Positions 25,257 to 38,044 of a stretch of DNA of 64,000 nt are shown piece after piece; position 1 is the first letter of the stretch, and each line of letters opens with the position of its first letter. Source of the DNA: Scyliorhinus canicula (taxonomy: Eukaryota). The DNA is taken from contig NC_052162.1 of NCBI RefSeq assembly GCF_902713615.1, forward strand, positions 108,341,811 to 108,405,810, in the 5' to 3' direction. Below the pieces are notes generated by a model. That model saw only the letters and a list, made by a program, of their open reading frames with translations. It searched no databases and was not told the origin of the DNA. Made by a program: the position numbers and the translations under genes.

Positions 25257-25833
25257 ACACCTCTCAATAATACTAATTTTCTTTCAGTTATCATTCTCCT
25301 TTAGTCGTTTGTATCTGTAATTCTGGGAATATTTATTGTATCTTTATGATTGAAGAGAAACAACCTAGACCCTATCAGAATGTTTCCACTCTGCCTTTAT
25401 GGTTGCTCGTTTGTCATAGCGACAATAACGGCTTCCGTTATTTTTGCAGTTCCTTTTTTTATGATGTTTTCTAGTTATACCTTCCAATCTCCCTTTCGTA
25501 ATCGGTTTTCTTAAATGTTTCCAATCCTAAGACATACTATTTTGTCTAGTCACTGTATGAAACCATATCATTTAATCTTATGCAATCTTAAACTTCCTTT
25601 CACATCCATGGTTGATTGATCTTTGTCATTTGCGCGAAATAATTTCGAACAATCCTTCTTGTACCATCTCACTGCTCCATAAAACACCCTTGATATCAAT
25701 CACAGGAGAGCTTCTAGAAAGACTAAACCAAAGTGATAAGTTACCACAACCATATCCCATCATTTTTAATACTGTTAAAGAAAGGCGGCAGCATAAACCT
25801 CTACAAGCATAGCAATCAGTTAAATTTCCTTAC

Positions 25834-26142
25834 CTGATGTTGATCGAATTTCTTTTCGCGTATTACTGTTGGTTGCAGAATGGGTCACTTGACAGCTGTA
25901 CGCAGAATCGCTGCCCCATTCCTGCAGCGGCAATTTAAGAAAGCTTGTAGAGCTGTAGAGTCCGTTTGGTGATTTCGCAGGGGGTGTAGTGGTGACCCCG
26001 GACCCTACGATCTTTCCATTCTTCTTCCAGCTCACTGCAATGCTTTCAGGATAGTATCCGCTGATCAGACAAAGTAGCTGTACAAACCCCGTTGCTTTGA
26101 ATTCTTCAGAAATCAGGAGACTGATGGATGGTGCAGCGCGTC
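25834..26142 (-). CDS. IgNAR: IgNAR C1 exon
   Basis: TTCTAG| acceptor and G|GTAAGG donor, 309 nt. Translation GRAAPSISLLISEEFKATGFVQLLCLISGYYPESIAVSW...YSCQVTHSATNSNTRKEIRSTS. Confidence 0.96.
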
Positions 26143-26739
26143 CTAGAATTGAAAATATTCACTTATTTCCTTCCATAATGTAGTTTAGAATATTTCACTG
26201 GTGAACTGGCCACTATTTAATCCGCAACCCTAACATAAAATATAAGTTACGGAAGCTTGCTCTCCAGATTTCCTGTCACATATGCAACAAAATAAAATTC
26301 ATTGCACTTCAGCAAGTTTTTGATTTGCTCCTAACCGTCTTCTGACGCCTGATAACGTAGAAAGTTCCATAAACACGCAAATATCCCTTCTTCAATATAT
26401 CGAACTATTTGGAACATTGCCGTTTATTTTATTCTGCGTGACTCTTGCGTTGCATTTAAGAACACCGGAAATATATTCGATCTCAGAAAGCAGCTACTAA
26501 TTCTTGAGAAAATATGATTGTACATAGGTCAGTGACACAGCAGAGCACATTTATCATGGGTGGCGACCGCGATTAATCATAAAACTAATTACATTTCAAA
26601 TATCACTTAATTATTTTGTTCAGCAGTGTATTTTTCCCGTATACATAACACATTATTAGTTTTAGTAACTGTGTCTGGAGCTTATTTCACTGCTCTGTAA
26701 TTTACATTGTGCCACGTTCAATCACAGGCTGAATTTGAA

Positions 26740-27080
26740 AGTACACATATTTTTCCTCAAATCCCTGATGACTCAGCCCATCTCTGGCCCTTTAATATCC
26801 TCCAGCCGCCCAAAATTACCAAAATCTGTGCTCATCTAACACCGACTTCGGCAGTGTGTTTGATATTTATTGCTCTACATTTGGTTGTCATGCCTTCTGC
26901 TGTCAAGAACTTTATCCTCTGGAATTGCAGAACTAAGCTTCTGTATTTCTTCATGCTCTTTTTGAGCAAACTTTCGCCATACGTTACAATATTGCATTAC
27001 GTGGTTTGGTGTGTAATTTGCGTGTGTAAACTTATAGTGGAGCGGTTCCGGATGTTTTATTAGGTGAAAGGCGTTTTGTA
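26740..27080 (+). mobile_element. Old L2-like LINE 3' end
   Basis: Degenerate match to a shark L2-type terminus (..TGCCTTC.GCTG..CTCTGGAATT..AAAGGCG..TAAAT). Confidence 0.5.
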
Positions 27081-27084
27081 AATA

Positions 27085-30000
27085 TTTTTTATTTTAAAGT
27101 ATTTTTATTCGCTTCCTTTTTCACATTTTCTCCCAAATTTACACCCACAAACAATAAACAATAATCAGTAACGAATATGTCAATTCTCATTTAAATAAGA
27201 ACGATCCCACCCTCCCACCAAACCCCAAACGTTAGCTCGCATATTCACATAAACAAATGACAAAAACGAATTAACACACACATCCACCCATCCCCAACTA
27301 ATGTCGGATGTTATCCAGTTCTTGAAAGTGCATAATGAATAATTCCCCTGAATTGGTTGTCATGCCTTCTGCTGCCAAGACATTTATCCGAACTTTATTT
27401 GGAACTTGGTAATTTGGCGCTGTGAGGGAATTCGGTGCAGAGTGGGAGAAGCTGTTTTTCCCTACTGTTTTGTTCTCTCTGTTCCTGCTGGCCTGTAACC
27501 TTTAGTCTGCAGGGAGAGAACCAGAGAGCCTCTGAGATCCTGGGAAGGTAAGTGATTTTTATTTATTTATATTACCTTTTCAAATTGTGTGTGTGTAGGG
27601 GGGGGGGGGGGCGGAGGGGGGGGGGGGGGCGGGGGCCTGAAGTGACATCACAGTAAAGCTGTGACCTGATTTTGGCTGGTTGGGAAGCTACACTAAATTT
27701 AAAAATTAAGCATTGTTAAACTAATAAAACATAATTACTTATTACTTAATTTTAATTTAGAGGGTTATCTAAGTCAGAGATTGGAGTGTACTGGATTCAC
27801 CTTTCACATTCATAGTAGAAATCTAATGCTAGGAAACATATAGTTGACAGTAACTTTTTAAAAACGTTTAAATTTAATTTACTAATTAATTGACGCAATG
27901 TCAATTAGAGGGGTGCAGTGCTCTGACTGTGAGACGTGGCATGTCCGGGTGGCTTCCAGCGTCCCGGATGGCTTCATCTGCAGAAAGTGCACCCAACTGG
28001 AGCTCCTCAAAGACCACATGGTTCGGTTGGAGCAGCAGTTGGATGCACTTAGGAGCATGCAGGTGGCGGAAAGCGTCATAGATAGCTGTTATATAAATGT
28101 GGTCGCACCCAAGGTGCAGGCAGAGAAATGGGTGACCACCTGAAAGGGCAGGGAGTCAGTGCAGGACTCCCCTGTGGTTGTTCCTCTCTCGAACATGTAG
28201 ACCACTTTGGATACTGTCGTGGGGGACAGCCTATCAGGAGAAAACAGCAGCAGCCAGAGCATTGGCACCACGGGCGGCTCTGCTGTTCAGAAGGGAGGGT
28301 CAAAGCGCAGAAGAGCAATAATCATAGGGGACTCTATAGTCAGGGGCACAGATAGGCGCTTCTGTGGACGTGAAAGAGACTCCTGGATGGCATGTTGTCT
28401 CCCTGGTACCAGGGTCCAGGATGACTCCGAACGGGTAGCGGGCATCCTGAAGGGGCAGGGCAAACAGGCAGAGGTCGTTTTGACATATTGGTACTAACGA
28501 CATACAGGAAGGGGCATGAGGTCCTGCAGCAGGAGTTCAGGGAGCTAGGCAGAAAGTTGAAAGACAGGACCTCGAGGAATCTCGGGATTACTCCCTGTGC
28601 CACGTGCCAGTGAGGTTAGAAATAGGAAGATGGAGCAGCTTAACACGTGGCTAAACAGCTGGTGTAAGAGGGAGGGTTTCCGTTATCTGGACCACTGGGA
28701 GCACTTCCGGGGCAGATGTGACCTGTATAAGAAGGACGGTTTGCATCTAAACTGGAGAGGCATAAATATCCTGGTCGCGAGGTTTGCTAGTGTCACACGG
28801 GAGGGTTTAAACTATTATTGCAGGGGGTTTGACACTGGAGCAATAGGTCCGAAGGTGATAGCATTGAGGGAGAACTAGGGAATAGGGCCAGTATGGCTCT
28901 GAGGCAGAGCACAACGGGAGATGTTGCTGAACACAGCGAGTCTGGAGTGCATATGTTTTCAGACGAGAAGTATGATAGGTAAGGCAGATGAACTTAGAGC
29001 TTGGATTAGTACTTGCAACTATGATGTTGTTGCCATTACAGAGACCTGGTTGAGGGAAGGACAGGATTGGCAGCTAAACGTTCCAGGATTTAGATGTTTC
29101 AGGCGGGATAGAGGGGGATGTAAAAGGGGTGGCGGAGTTGGTCTACTGGTTAGGTAGACTATCACAGCTGTACTACTGGAGGGCACCTCAGAGGGCAGTG
29201 AGGCTATATAGGTAGATATCAGGAATAAGAAGGGTGCAGGCACAATGTTGGTGTTTACTACATGCCTCCCAACAGCCATCGGGAGATAGAGGAGCAGATA
29301 GGTACACAGATTTTGGAAAAGAGTAAAAACAATAGGGTTGTTGAGATGGGAGACTTCTACTTCCCCAATATTGACTGGGACTCACTTAGTGCTGGGGGCA
29401 TAGACGGGGCATAGTTTGTAAGGAACATCCAGGTGGGCTTCTTAAAACACTATGTAGACTGTCCAACTAGAGTATCGGACCTGCTATTGGGGAATCAGCC
29501 CGGCCACGTGGTAGACGTTTCAGCAGGGGAGCATTTTGGGAACAGTGACCACAATTCAGTAAGTTGTAATGTGCTGGTGGACAAGGATAAGAGTGATCCT
29601 AGGGTGAATGTGCTAAATTGGGTGAAGGCTAATTATAACAATATTAGGCGGGAACTGAAGAACCTACATTGGGGGCGGATGCTTGAGGGTAAATTAACAT
29701 CTGACATGTGGGAGGCTTTCAAGTGTCAGTTGAAAGGAATTCAGGACCGGCATGTTCCTGTGAGGAAGAAGGATAAATAAGGCAAATTTCAGGATCCTTG
29801 AATAACAAGAGATATTGTAGGCCTCGGCAAAAAGGAGAAGGGGGCATTTGTCAGGCCTAGATGGCTGGGAACAGACGAAGCCTGTGTGGAATATAAGGAA
29901 AGCAGGAAGGAACTTAAGCAAGAAGTCAGGAGAGCTAGAAAGGGTCACGAAAAGTCATTGGCATATAGGGTTAAGGAAACTCCCAAGGCTTTTTACACGG

Positions 30001-31965
30001 ACATAAAAAGCAAGAGGGTAGCGAGGGAAAGGGTTGGCCCACTGAAGAATCGGTAAGGAAATCTATGTGTGGAGCCAGAGGAAATGGGTGAGGTACTAAA
30101 TTAATACTTTGCATCAGTATTCACCAAAGAGAAGGAATTGGTGGATGTTGAGTCTGGAGAAGGGTGTGTAGTTAGCCTGTGTCACATTGAGATCCAAAAA
30201 GAGGAGATGTTGGGCGTCTTGAAAAATATTAAGGTAGATAAGTCCCCAGGGCCTGATGGGATGTACCCCAGAATACTGAAGGAGGCAAGAAAGGAAATTG
30301 CTGAGGCCTTGACAAAAATCTTTGGATCCTCACTGTCTTCATGTGATGTTCCGGAGGACTGGAGAATAGCCAATGCTGTTCCTTTGTTTAAGAAGGGTAG
30401 CAAGGATAATCCAGGGAACTGCAGGCCGGTGAGCCTTACGTCAGTGGTAGGGAAATTACTGGAGAGAATTCTTCGAGACAAGATCTACTCCCATTTGGAA
30501 ACAAATGGACGAATTAGTGACAGGCAGCATTGTTTTGGGAAGGGGAAGTCGTGTCTCACTAACTTCATAGAGTTTTCGAAGAGGTCACAAAAATGATTGA
30601 TGCAGCTAGGGCAGTGGATGTTGTCTATATGGACTTCAGTAAGGCCTTTAACAAGGTCCCTCATGGTAGACTGGTACAAAAGGTGAAGTCACACGGGATC
30701 AGAGGTGAGCTGGCAAGCTGGATAAAGAACTGGCTAGGTCATAGAAGGCAGAGAGTAGAAATGGAAGGGTGCTTTTCTAATTGGAGGGCTGTGACCAGTG
30801 GTGTTCCGCAGGGATCAGTGCTGGGACCTTTGCTGTTCGTAGTATATATAAATGATCTGGAAGAAAATGTAACTGGTCTGATCAGTAAGTTTGCAGACAA
30901 CACAAAGATTGGTGGAATTACGGATAGCGATGATGACTATCAGAGGATACAGCAGGATTTAGAAGGTTTGCAGACTTGGGCTGAGAGATGGCAGATGGAG
31001 TTTAATATTGAAAGTTAAAGAGATCTAGGTGCACAGGTCCACATGTCACTGAAAGAGGCAATACAGGTGGAGAAGGTAATCAAGAAGGCATACGGCATGC
31101 TTGCTTTCATTGGCCGGGGCATTGAGTATAAGAATTGGCAAGTCATGTCGCAGCTGTATAGAACCTTAGCTAGGCCACACTTGGAGTATAGTGTTCAATT
31201 CTGATCACCACACTACCAGAAGGATGTGGAGGATTTAGAGAGGTTGTAGAAGAGATTTACCAGGATGTTGCCTGGTCTGGAGGGCATTGGCAATGAGGAG
31301 CGGTTGAATAAACCCGGTTTGTTCTCACTCGAACGACGGAGGTTGAGGGGCGACCTGATAGAGGTCTACAAAATTATGAGGGGCATAGACAGAGTGGATA
31401 GTCAGAGGCTTTTCCCCAGGATAGAGGGGTCAATTACTATGGGGCATTGGTTTAAGGTGCGAGGGTCAAGGTTTAGAGTAGATGTACGAGGCAAGTATTT
31501 TTTACACAGAAGGTAGTGGGTGCCTGGAACTCGCTCCCGGAGGGGGTGATGGAAGCAGAGACGGCAGTGACATTTAAGGGGCCTCTTGATAAATACATGA
31601 ATAGGATGGGAATAGAGGGATGCGGACCCAGGAAGTGTAGAAGATTGTAGGTTAGTCGGGCAGCATGGTCGGCACGGGCTTGGAGGGCCGAAGGGCCTGT
31701 TCCTGTCCTGTACTTTTTTTGTTCTTTGTTCTTTGAATTGCAACCCCCTCTATCCTTCCTTCAGTTCAAACTTAATCTTCTCAAGAGTCAAGAATTCAAA
31801 CAGGTCCCCGCGCCACGCCAGGGCACAGGGTGGAGAGGCTGCCCTCCAACCCACCAGGATCCGCCTTCGGGCAATCAACGAGGCGAAGGCTACAAAGCCT
31901 TCCTTCGCACTCGTTTCCAACCCTGGCGGGTCCGGCACCCCGAGTATGGCCTCCCGGGGGCCGGG
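27085..31965 (-). mobile_element. L1-clade 3' fragment split by the CR1 (pieces 27085-27355 and 31741-31965)
   Basis: The two pieces join colinearly with the reverse complement of 19020-19150. Confidence 0.85.
27356..31733 (+). mobile_element. Near full-length, inactivated CR1-clade LINE
   Basis: 5' UTR. ORF1 remnant with a Cys cluster (CSDC...CRKC) and an SGNH esterase motif (IIGDSIVRG). ORF2 endonuclease (VAITETWL) and RT (GVPQGSVLGP, FADNTK). (TTCTTTG)n-like tail, many stops and frameshifts, flanked by a TGAATTG duplication. Confidence 0.93.
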
Positions 31966-33624
31966 CGTTTTGTAAATACAATTTGTTTTTTAATCATGAT
32001 TTTCCTCTCGGTAAACTGCTTTAATCTTCCGGCTCATGGAAGACTTTTGTTTCACACTTTTATCGGACATCACTCTGAAATTGAACTTTCTTAAGAAGTG
32101 GGAGATTTTGATTTTTAAGGGACTGCAGCAGCCAGTGTGTTCAGCAAAGAGCAGTGAATTGAATGATGTTGAGAAATTTCAATTCAGACACTTATAGAAA
32201 ACCAGGTTTCTCACAAAGGGAGTATTTCAGGCTCGAATAACCCCGTTGGCTCTGAGTAAGAACAATAACAGCCATTGTGGAGAAGACACAATACTGCGCG
32301 CTCCTGTGGCCGAAACTTGTAGTGAGAATCTGCGACTCAGTACCGCTATTGTGGACGGTGCAGCACCACTGGAAATGACCAGTTTTCGACATATACTCAC
32401 AGCTGACGCCAGGGAAGTTGCAGCCCAAATTTAATCCATAAGCCCTCTTGCCATGCAATATTCCCATACTCCTGCCGTTGTTAAAAAAACAATGACTCTA
32501 TTGGTATCACTGCTGCTGGTCGGATCTTTCCCTGTCAAGCAACCATTATCAGCTCACTGACAAGTGATCATTCGTTATTTGACTGATGATTTTAAAATTG
32601 CTCCCTCTGTTTGCCAATGAACACCCTCAGTTAATTTAAACTTCTTCAATGACAAGCCTTCATTATTTTACCGTATCTTACAATTTTCTGGAAATGTACA
32701 AAATTACCTTGTTCACTATTCCACTCCACCTGGTTTGCGAGCTACTGACCGTGGATGAAGCGCCAGCTCACAATCACGGCGCTACACGTGACCCTGAGGT
32801 GAGTTTTCAAACACCTATGCTCACCATCACCCAGACAATCTACATAATCTTCATAAAATCTCCTCAATCCTCCGTTGGCTCAATTCATCTGGTGCTCAAA
32901 CCATCAGCCATGCTGCCACCTACAACATTCAGTGTTGCCACATGCATGGTTAAGTTAAGCAGGTCCTAATTCCTGCTACACATATCCTCACTGGTATCGA
33001 TGCGTTTTCACCCGTTGCTGTTCTGCATTTTATCCAAGGCTGGTAATCCCACGAAATTAATATACTCATCCTCATGGTCCATTTCCCAGAGATCTATTAC
33101 TGTATATCACTGAAACCTGTTGTCGAGATCTCACAATGTTGTGCCTGTGCAGGATTCTTGAAGGAGCTATCCAAATGTTCCAAACGTATTATTTTTCACC
33201 AATACCCTAAAAGTTTACAAACATACGTTTTGATACATTTTGTCTTGAAAAATTAACGTTTAATCTGCTTGCACTATTCTCCCAGGCAATGCCATCCAGT
33301 TACATATCAGGGTATAAGGGCACCCTCCACTGATCGCATTTTCTTCTTTTGAGAACTGTTCTCAGTCCGTGTCCACACATGTGTCGACGCTTCCAACAAT
33401 GGCACTTTGTTTCTCTTGAATTATTAAATCAAAGCACTTCGCAAACACGATCCCACTCCAATTTCTATTACGGTGGAGACACGTGAAAACTAATTATTTT
33501 GTTCCTCTGGCAGGTCTTCCATAACTACAAAAATAACAATACCACTATAAAATTACACCCTCACACGAATTTACATGGATCATGAAGTTTTTGCACCAGC
33601 CGTTCGTACATTCACTCACCCTTT

Positions 33625-33925
33625 ATAGAATCATATAATTCGTACACTGAAGAAGGAGACCATTCGACCCATCGAGCTTGCACCGAGCCTTCGAAACCCC
33701 ATCCTACGTAGGCGCAGTTCACCACCCTATACCCTTAACCCTACATTTAGGACACGGGGAGACAATTTAGCAGAGCCAATCTACCGAGTCCGCACATATT
33801 TTGACCGTGGGAGGAAACCGGATCACCCGGAGGAAAGCCACGCAGAGTCTGGAGAGTATGCAAACTTCGCACAGACTGTCAACATCGAAACCCTGTCTCT
33901 GACGCTGGACTATCCTCTGTGCCTG
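33625..33925 (-). mobile_element. V-SINE, degenerate
   Basis: Reverse complement of the core and tail. Confidence 0.75.
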
Positions 33926-34553
33926 AGTACCACGCCTGATTCTCCTTTTGACATTTGCAATTGACCTTGAGCAACAACTTCATGGAAACATCTTCAATTA
34001 AATGGCTTAAAAAACCTTTCTTACTTTCCCTTCCGCAGATATGAAACCCGTTTGGGTTGTTTTTATTCGTTCGTCGAATGTGGGCGTCGGTGGCTCGGCC
34101 GGTAATTATTGTCTGTCCCTAATTGCTCTTGTTTGAAGGACATTTAAGAGTAAACCACATTGCCTGACCAGATAAAGACGGCAGATTCCCTTCCCCAAGT
34201 GATATTAGTGAACCAGATGTGTTTTATATTAATCGACAATGGTTTAATGATCATCATTAGATATTTATTTCCAGATTTAATTTGAAATTAATTTTCATCA
34301 TCTACTTTGATCGGATCATCTGAGTTTTAAAATACTGGTTCAGTGAAAATAGCATTAAAGCACCACGTTCCCAAACCGCTGTTTCGCACTCCACAGTCAA
34401 ACCTGATTTCATTCAATGAGGGATTCATGATTATTTCTAATACATTAGATTTAACGATGGTATTTTGACCTCTCATAAGTTTCCAAGTGTCCCTTGACCA
34501 CAAATTCCACCGCCTCCCTGCTTGCAGTCACAAGTAGAAAGTTTGCTTACTCT

Positions 34554-34895
34554 GGGCAGCACGGTAGCATAGAGGTTAGCACAGTTGCTTCACAGCTCCA
34601 GGGTCCCAGGTTCCATTCTCGGCTTGGTTCACTGTCTGTGTGGAGGCTGTACATTCTCCCCGGGTCTCCTTGGGGTTCCTCCGGGTGCTCCGGCTTCCTC
34701 CCACAGTCCAAAAATGGGCAGGTTCGGTGGACTGGCCATTCTAAATTGCCCTTTGTGTCCAAAAAGATTTGGCTGTATAAAGTGGATAGGGTGGAGGCAT
34801 GGAGCATAGGTAGCGTGCTCTTACCAAGGGCTGGTGCAGACTCTATGGGCTGAATGGCCTCCTTCTGCACTGTAAATTCTATGATTCTTTGATTC
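34554..34895 (+). mobile_element. HE1-type V-SINE
   Basis: tRNA head, V-SINE core and tail. Confidence 0.88.
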
Positions 34896-35508
34896 TGAAT
34901 CTTTTCCATATCAAGAACTTGCTAAATGGCTTTCCGTTGATATGTCGACCTTCTTTACATCAAGATTTTCGGCTCAACTGCAACTAAAACTCTGAGATAG
35001 GTCTTTCTCTCCTTTGCTAATTACATTCCGGAAACATCGTATTTCAAGGGCTCTTCTCCCGCTAGATTCCAAGTACTTGACCACTCTCATCTGTTTGGCT
35101 AAGGTGACGCCCTGGTCCATCGCCCTTGGGGAAAGGCTTTGCTGGTAGTTCACATTGATCTTCAGCTCCGTTTGGACTGATATATATTACTTCCCAAAAC
35201 CACAAATTCAAAATTAGTCTGCTGCTCTTCAACTCGCCCTTACGTCAGTTTGCATCTCTTTCAACACTGAAAGCCTGGTCCAATTTCACTTAAATGAGAA
35301 AGTCGATTTCACTGACTTGATGTACTCCTTTGTAACGTGAATATTTCTGTATAATTATTTTTATAACTAATTTTACAACTCACTGAAATATAAAGTCACG
35401 AAGCAATAGTGCAGAATTAAAATAATTGCGAATTAAACTAATTGTGGCGGTTGTTCGTGCAATTTTCTGTGTCTGTAAATTGTGTAGTAGCCACAAAATT
35501 TTGTCTGT

Positions 35509-36182
35509 GCGATCTGAGTAGAAGGATTATTTTCCGAACCAAGATAAAGAAATTGGGGGTAACGTGTATAACAAGTGACTCAAATATCTCACAATTGCTT
35601 TTCAAGCAACAAATAACATGATACTGCTTACTTCGTTCCACTTTAAAAGGAAATCCACTGTTTTCACTGAAACCATTGGAGCGTCAAAGACCTTTACTGT
35701 TCCACACAATCGTATACACAGGACGCTTTCATTCTCTGATGTGAGTGCGTTTGGGGCGCGGGATTTCATGCAATTAAGTGTATTACTGAACTACAATCTA
35801 GGCAAGAACACCGTCCATTTCCGTTGTGCGAAATGGACTCCAAGTGAAAAGAGACTCGGCTAATACGTCATCGTTTTTGAAGTGCACCTCATCAACTTTC
35901 CACTGTACTTCACAGAATCATAGTTTACACTACTTTTCTCAACCGATTAATTTCACAATCGCTTTTGCTTGGTTTTCAATTCACATCTTGGAACTAATTT
36001 TCGTGACAATAGAAATAATATTTCACCCATGCTGCTGACTTTGTATCGACCCTTCTGCATTCCTGCAGCAGTCTCATGTTATTTGTTGCTAGGAAAGCAA
36101 TTGCTTGATGTTTGAGTGGCTGGTTATACACGTTATCCCCAATTTCTTTATCTTGGATCGGAAAAAAATCCTATTCAGACGC
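35509..36182. repeat. Imperfect inverted repeat with ~120-bp arms (35509-35628 and 36067-36182)
   Basis: CCAAGATAAAGAAATTGGGGGTAACGTGTATAAC...GCAACAAATAACATGA and its reverse complement. Confidence 0.9.
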
Positions 36183-36184
36183 TA

Positions 36185-36344
36185 AGTCAGTCAATTATAC
36201 CCGCAGTCAATCAATCACATCCCTAATCAGTTAATTATACTCCCAGTCAGTCTATCTCACCACAATCAGTCAATTCTCCGCCCAGCCGGTCACTTTCACC
36301 TCCCAGTCTCTTAATTTCACCTCCAGTCAGCCACTTTGCATCTC
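36185..36344. repeat. Degenerate ~20-bp tandem repeat, about 8 units
   Basis: Units such as AGTCAGTCAATTATACCCGC, AGTCAATCAATCACATCCCT and AATCAGTTAATTATACTCCC. Confidence 0.8.
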
Positions 36345-36928
36345 ACTGTGACGGATCCAATGTTAATCCCGGGTCATGTACATCGAGCTGCCGATGGGAA
36401 ACATATTTTCCAATTATGTGCAGATATATATTGAGCAGCTAATATTTTAAACAATGGACAAGTCTTTCGAGGAGTGAGAAATTCGGAGACAGAACTTTAT
36501 AAACTCACAGATGCTTCTCATTAAAATTTCCCCAACCAATGACTGATTTAATGAATGCAAAAATAAGCTAGTGCAATCAGTGACTTGATGCAACGCGTCA
36601 GCAAGGAATAACTTCACGGAGCTGGTTCGGCCGCAATAGATTTTACTTCCAGAATCTGTTCGAAGAAGCATCTTACACTATATATGTCAGTTAGATCATA
36701 TGTTTAAATGCTCTAACATCGATTATTAATGTTAACGCATACTTACACGTCATCTAAACAATGCACAAACGTAAGTTAAATGAATTTACCTTTGAGCTAC
36801 TCAACTTCAGAAAATATGTGATTCTTGCATATATTTATATAGCTCAGGCTACATCAGTGAGAACTATTGTTTTCTTGGTATTACGTGAACCAAATCATAC
36901 TGATAAATTAACAAGAGAGGTCACTTAC

Positions 36929-36968
36929 CCGGGTTCACCATCAGCACGGTGCCAGGTCCGTAAATATA
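36929..36968 (-). CDS. IgNAR: J segment (YIYGPGTVLMVNP)
   Basis: G-x-G-T motif and donor G|GTAAGT. Heptamer CACAGTA (read outward) at 36969-36975; the nonamer is degenerate. Confidence 0.93.
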
Positions 36969-37318
36969 CACAGTAAGTCAGTTGCCAGTCAAACCAGTTC
37001 CAAATGAGTTCGTGAAGCAAATGTCCACGAAAACAAATACCAAAACAAATACGCACAAAAGATCTTCCGTGTGTACTCGGGATCAATATGTGATCGCTTA
37101 CCAGCAGTTTTTATCCATCCAGATTCTTATTTTTGTAATGTATGTTGTTGTCACACTGAAACAAGGTAAGTTATTGATTTGCCATCCGGGGATACATCTG
37201 CATTCCAAACAAAGAATGAATTGGAATTGATTTTAAACTCCATTTGGTGACAACTATAAGTCCGAAAGCTCATTGTGAAACCCGTATCATTATAAATAAA
37301 ACTAATAGCTGTTGGACA

Positions 37319-37387
37319 GGTTTTTGTTGCGGCCCGAGTCACTGTGGTAGTCCATTCAGCACATCGTTTCACACCACCACAATAAAT
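37319..37387 (-). other. D3 segment (37347-37359, CTGAATGGACTAC) with 12/12 RSSs
   Basis: 3' side is a perfect CACAGTG-12-ACAAAAACC. 5' side is a degenerate CACATCG-12-ACAATAAAT. Confidence 0.88.
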
Positions 37388-37704
37388 TCATGCCACAAAA
37401 AAATCCGTCTAATATGTCAGGATGTTGATTGAAAGATGAATTAATATAGTCCAAAACGTTGTCTTTATATCGGGGTGTTATGATAATGTTTAGAAATCTC
37501 AGCCACTCGTAAAAATCCTCGAGAAATGTTAATGTTCCAGCATCAATCTGATTGGGAGATTTGTGGAAATAAGACATGTAACTGAGGAAAGAAAATCTTC
37601 TAAATTATTTGCCAGTTGCTGACAGAGATAAAGAATATTTGAAAGTTAGTTTTTGCCAATTTGAATGCAATCTGTATTAACCGGACATTCAGATCTGTTG
37701 GACT

Positions 37705-37783
37705 GGTTCATGTATTACGCGAACCCTACATTCATTGCTGTGGTATACCCAAACACACAGTCATGAAGATCAGTACAAAAAAA
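37705..37783 (-). other. D2 segment (37743-37755, TGTTTGGGTATAC) with 12-RSS and 22-RSS
   Basis: 5' side read outward: CACAGTC-12-ACAAAAAAA. 3' side: CACAGCA-22-ACATGAACC. Confidence 0.9.
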
Positions 37784-37970
37784 ATCATATGCATTTGGCA
37801 GTAGACTCATGTAGTTACCCAGAACAATCCTTTTCCACCATATTATCTCTTTTCAGGGTTTTGTTTAGTTTCATATCCAAGGGTGTCATTTCTCCAAAGC
37901 ACTCAATTCTGATGATCACAATAAGCAAAAGATAGATGTTGTCTTTGCTCCTGTTACGCTGTGTGCTGAT

Positions 37971-38044
37971 AGTTTTTGTATGACAGCAACCGTCTTCTAG
38001 GTTGCTGTGGTAGCTCCACACTGGTAACCCCCATTGCAAAAACT
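37971..38044 (-). other. D1 segment (38010-38016, GAGCTAC) with 12-RSS and 23-RSS
   Basis: 5' side read outward: CACACTG-12-GCAAAAACT. 3' side: CACAGCA-23-ACAAAAACT. Confidence 0.92.
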
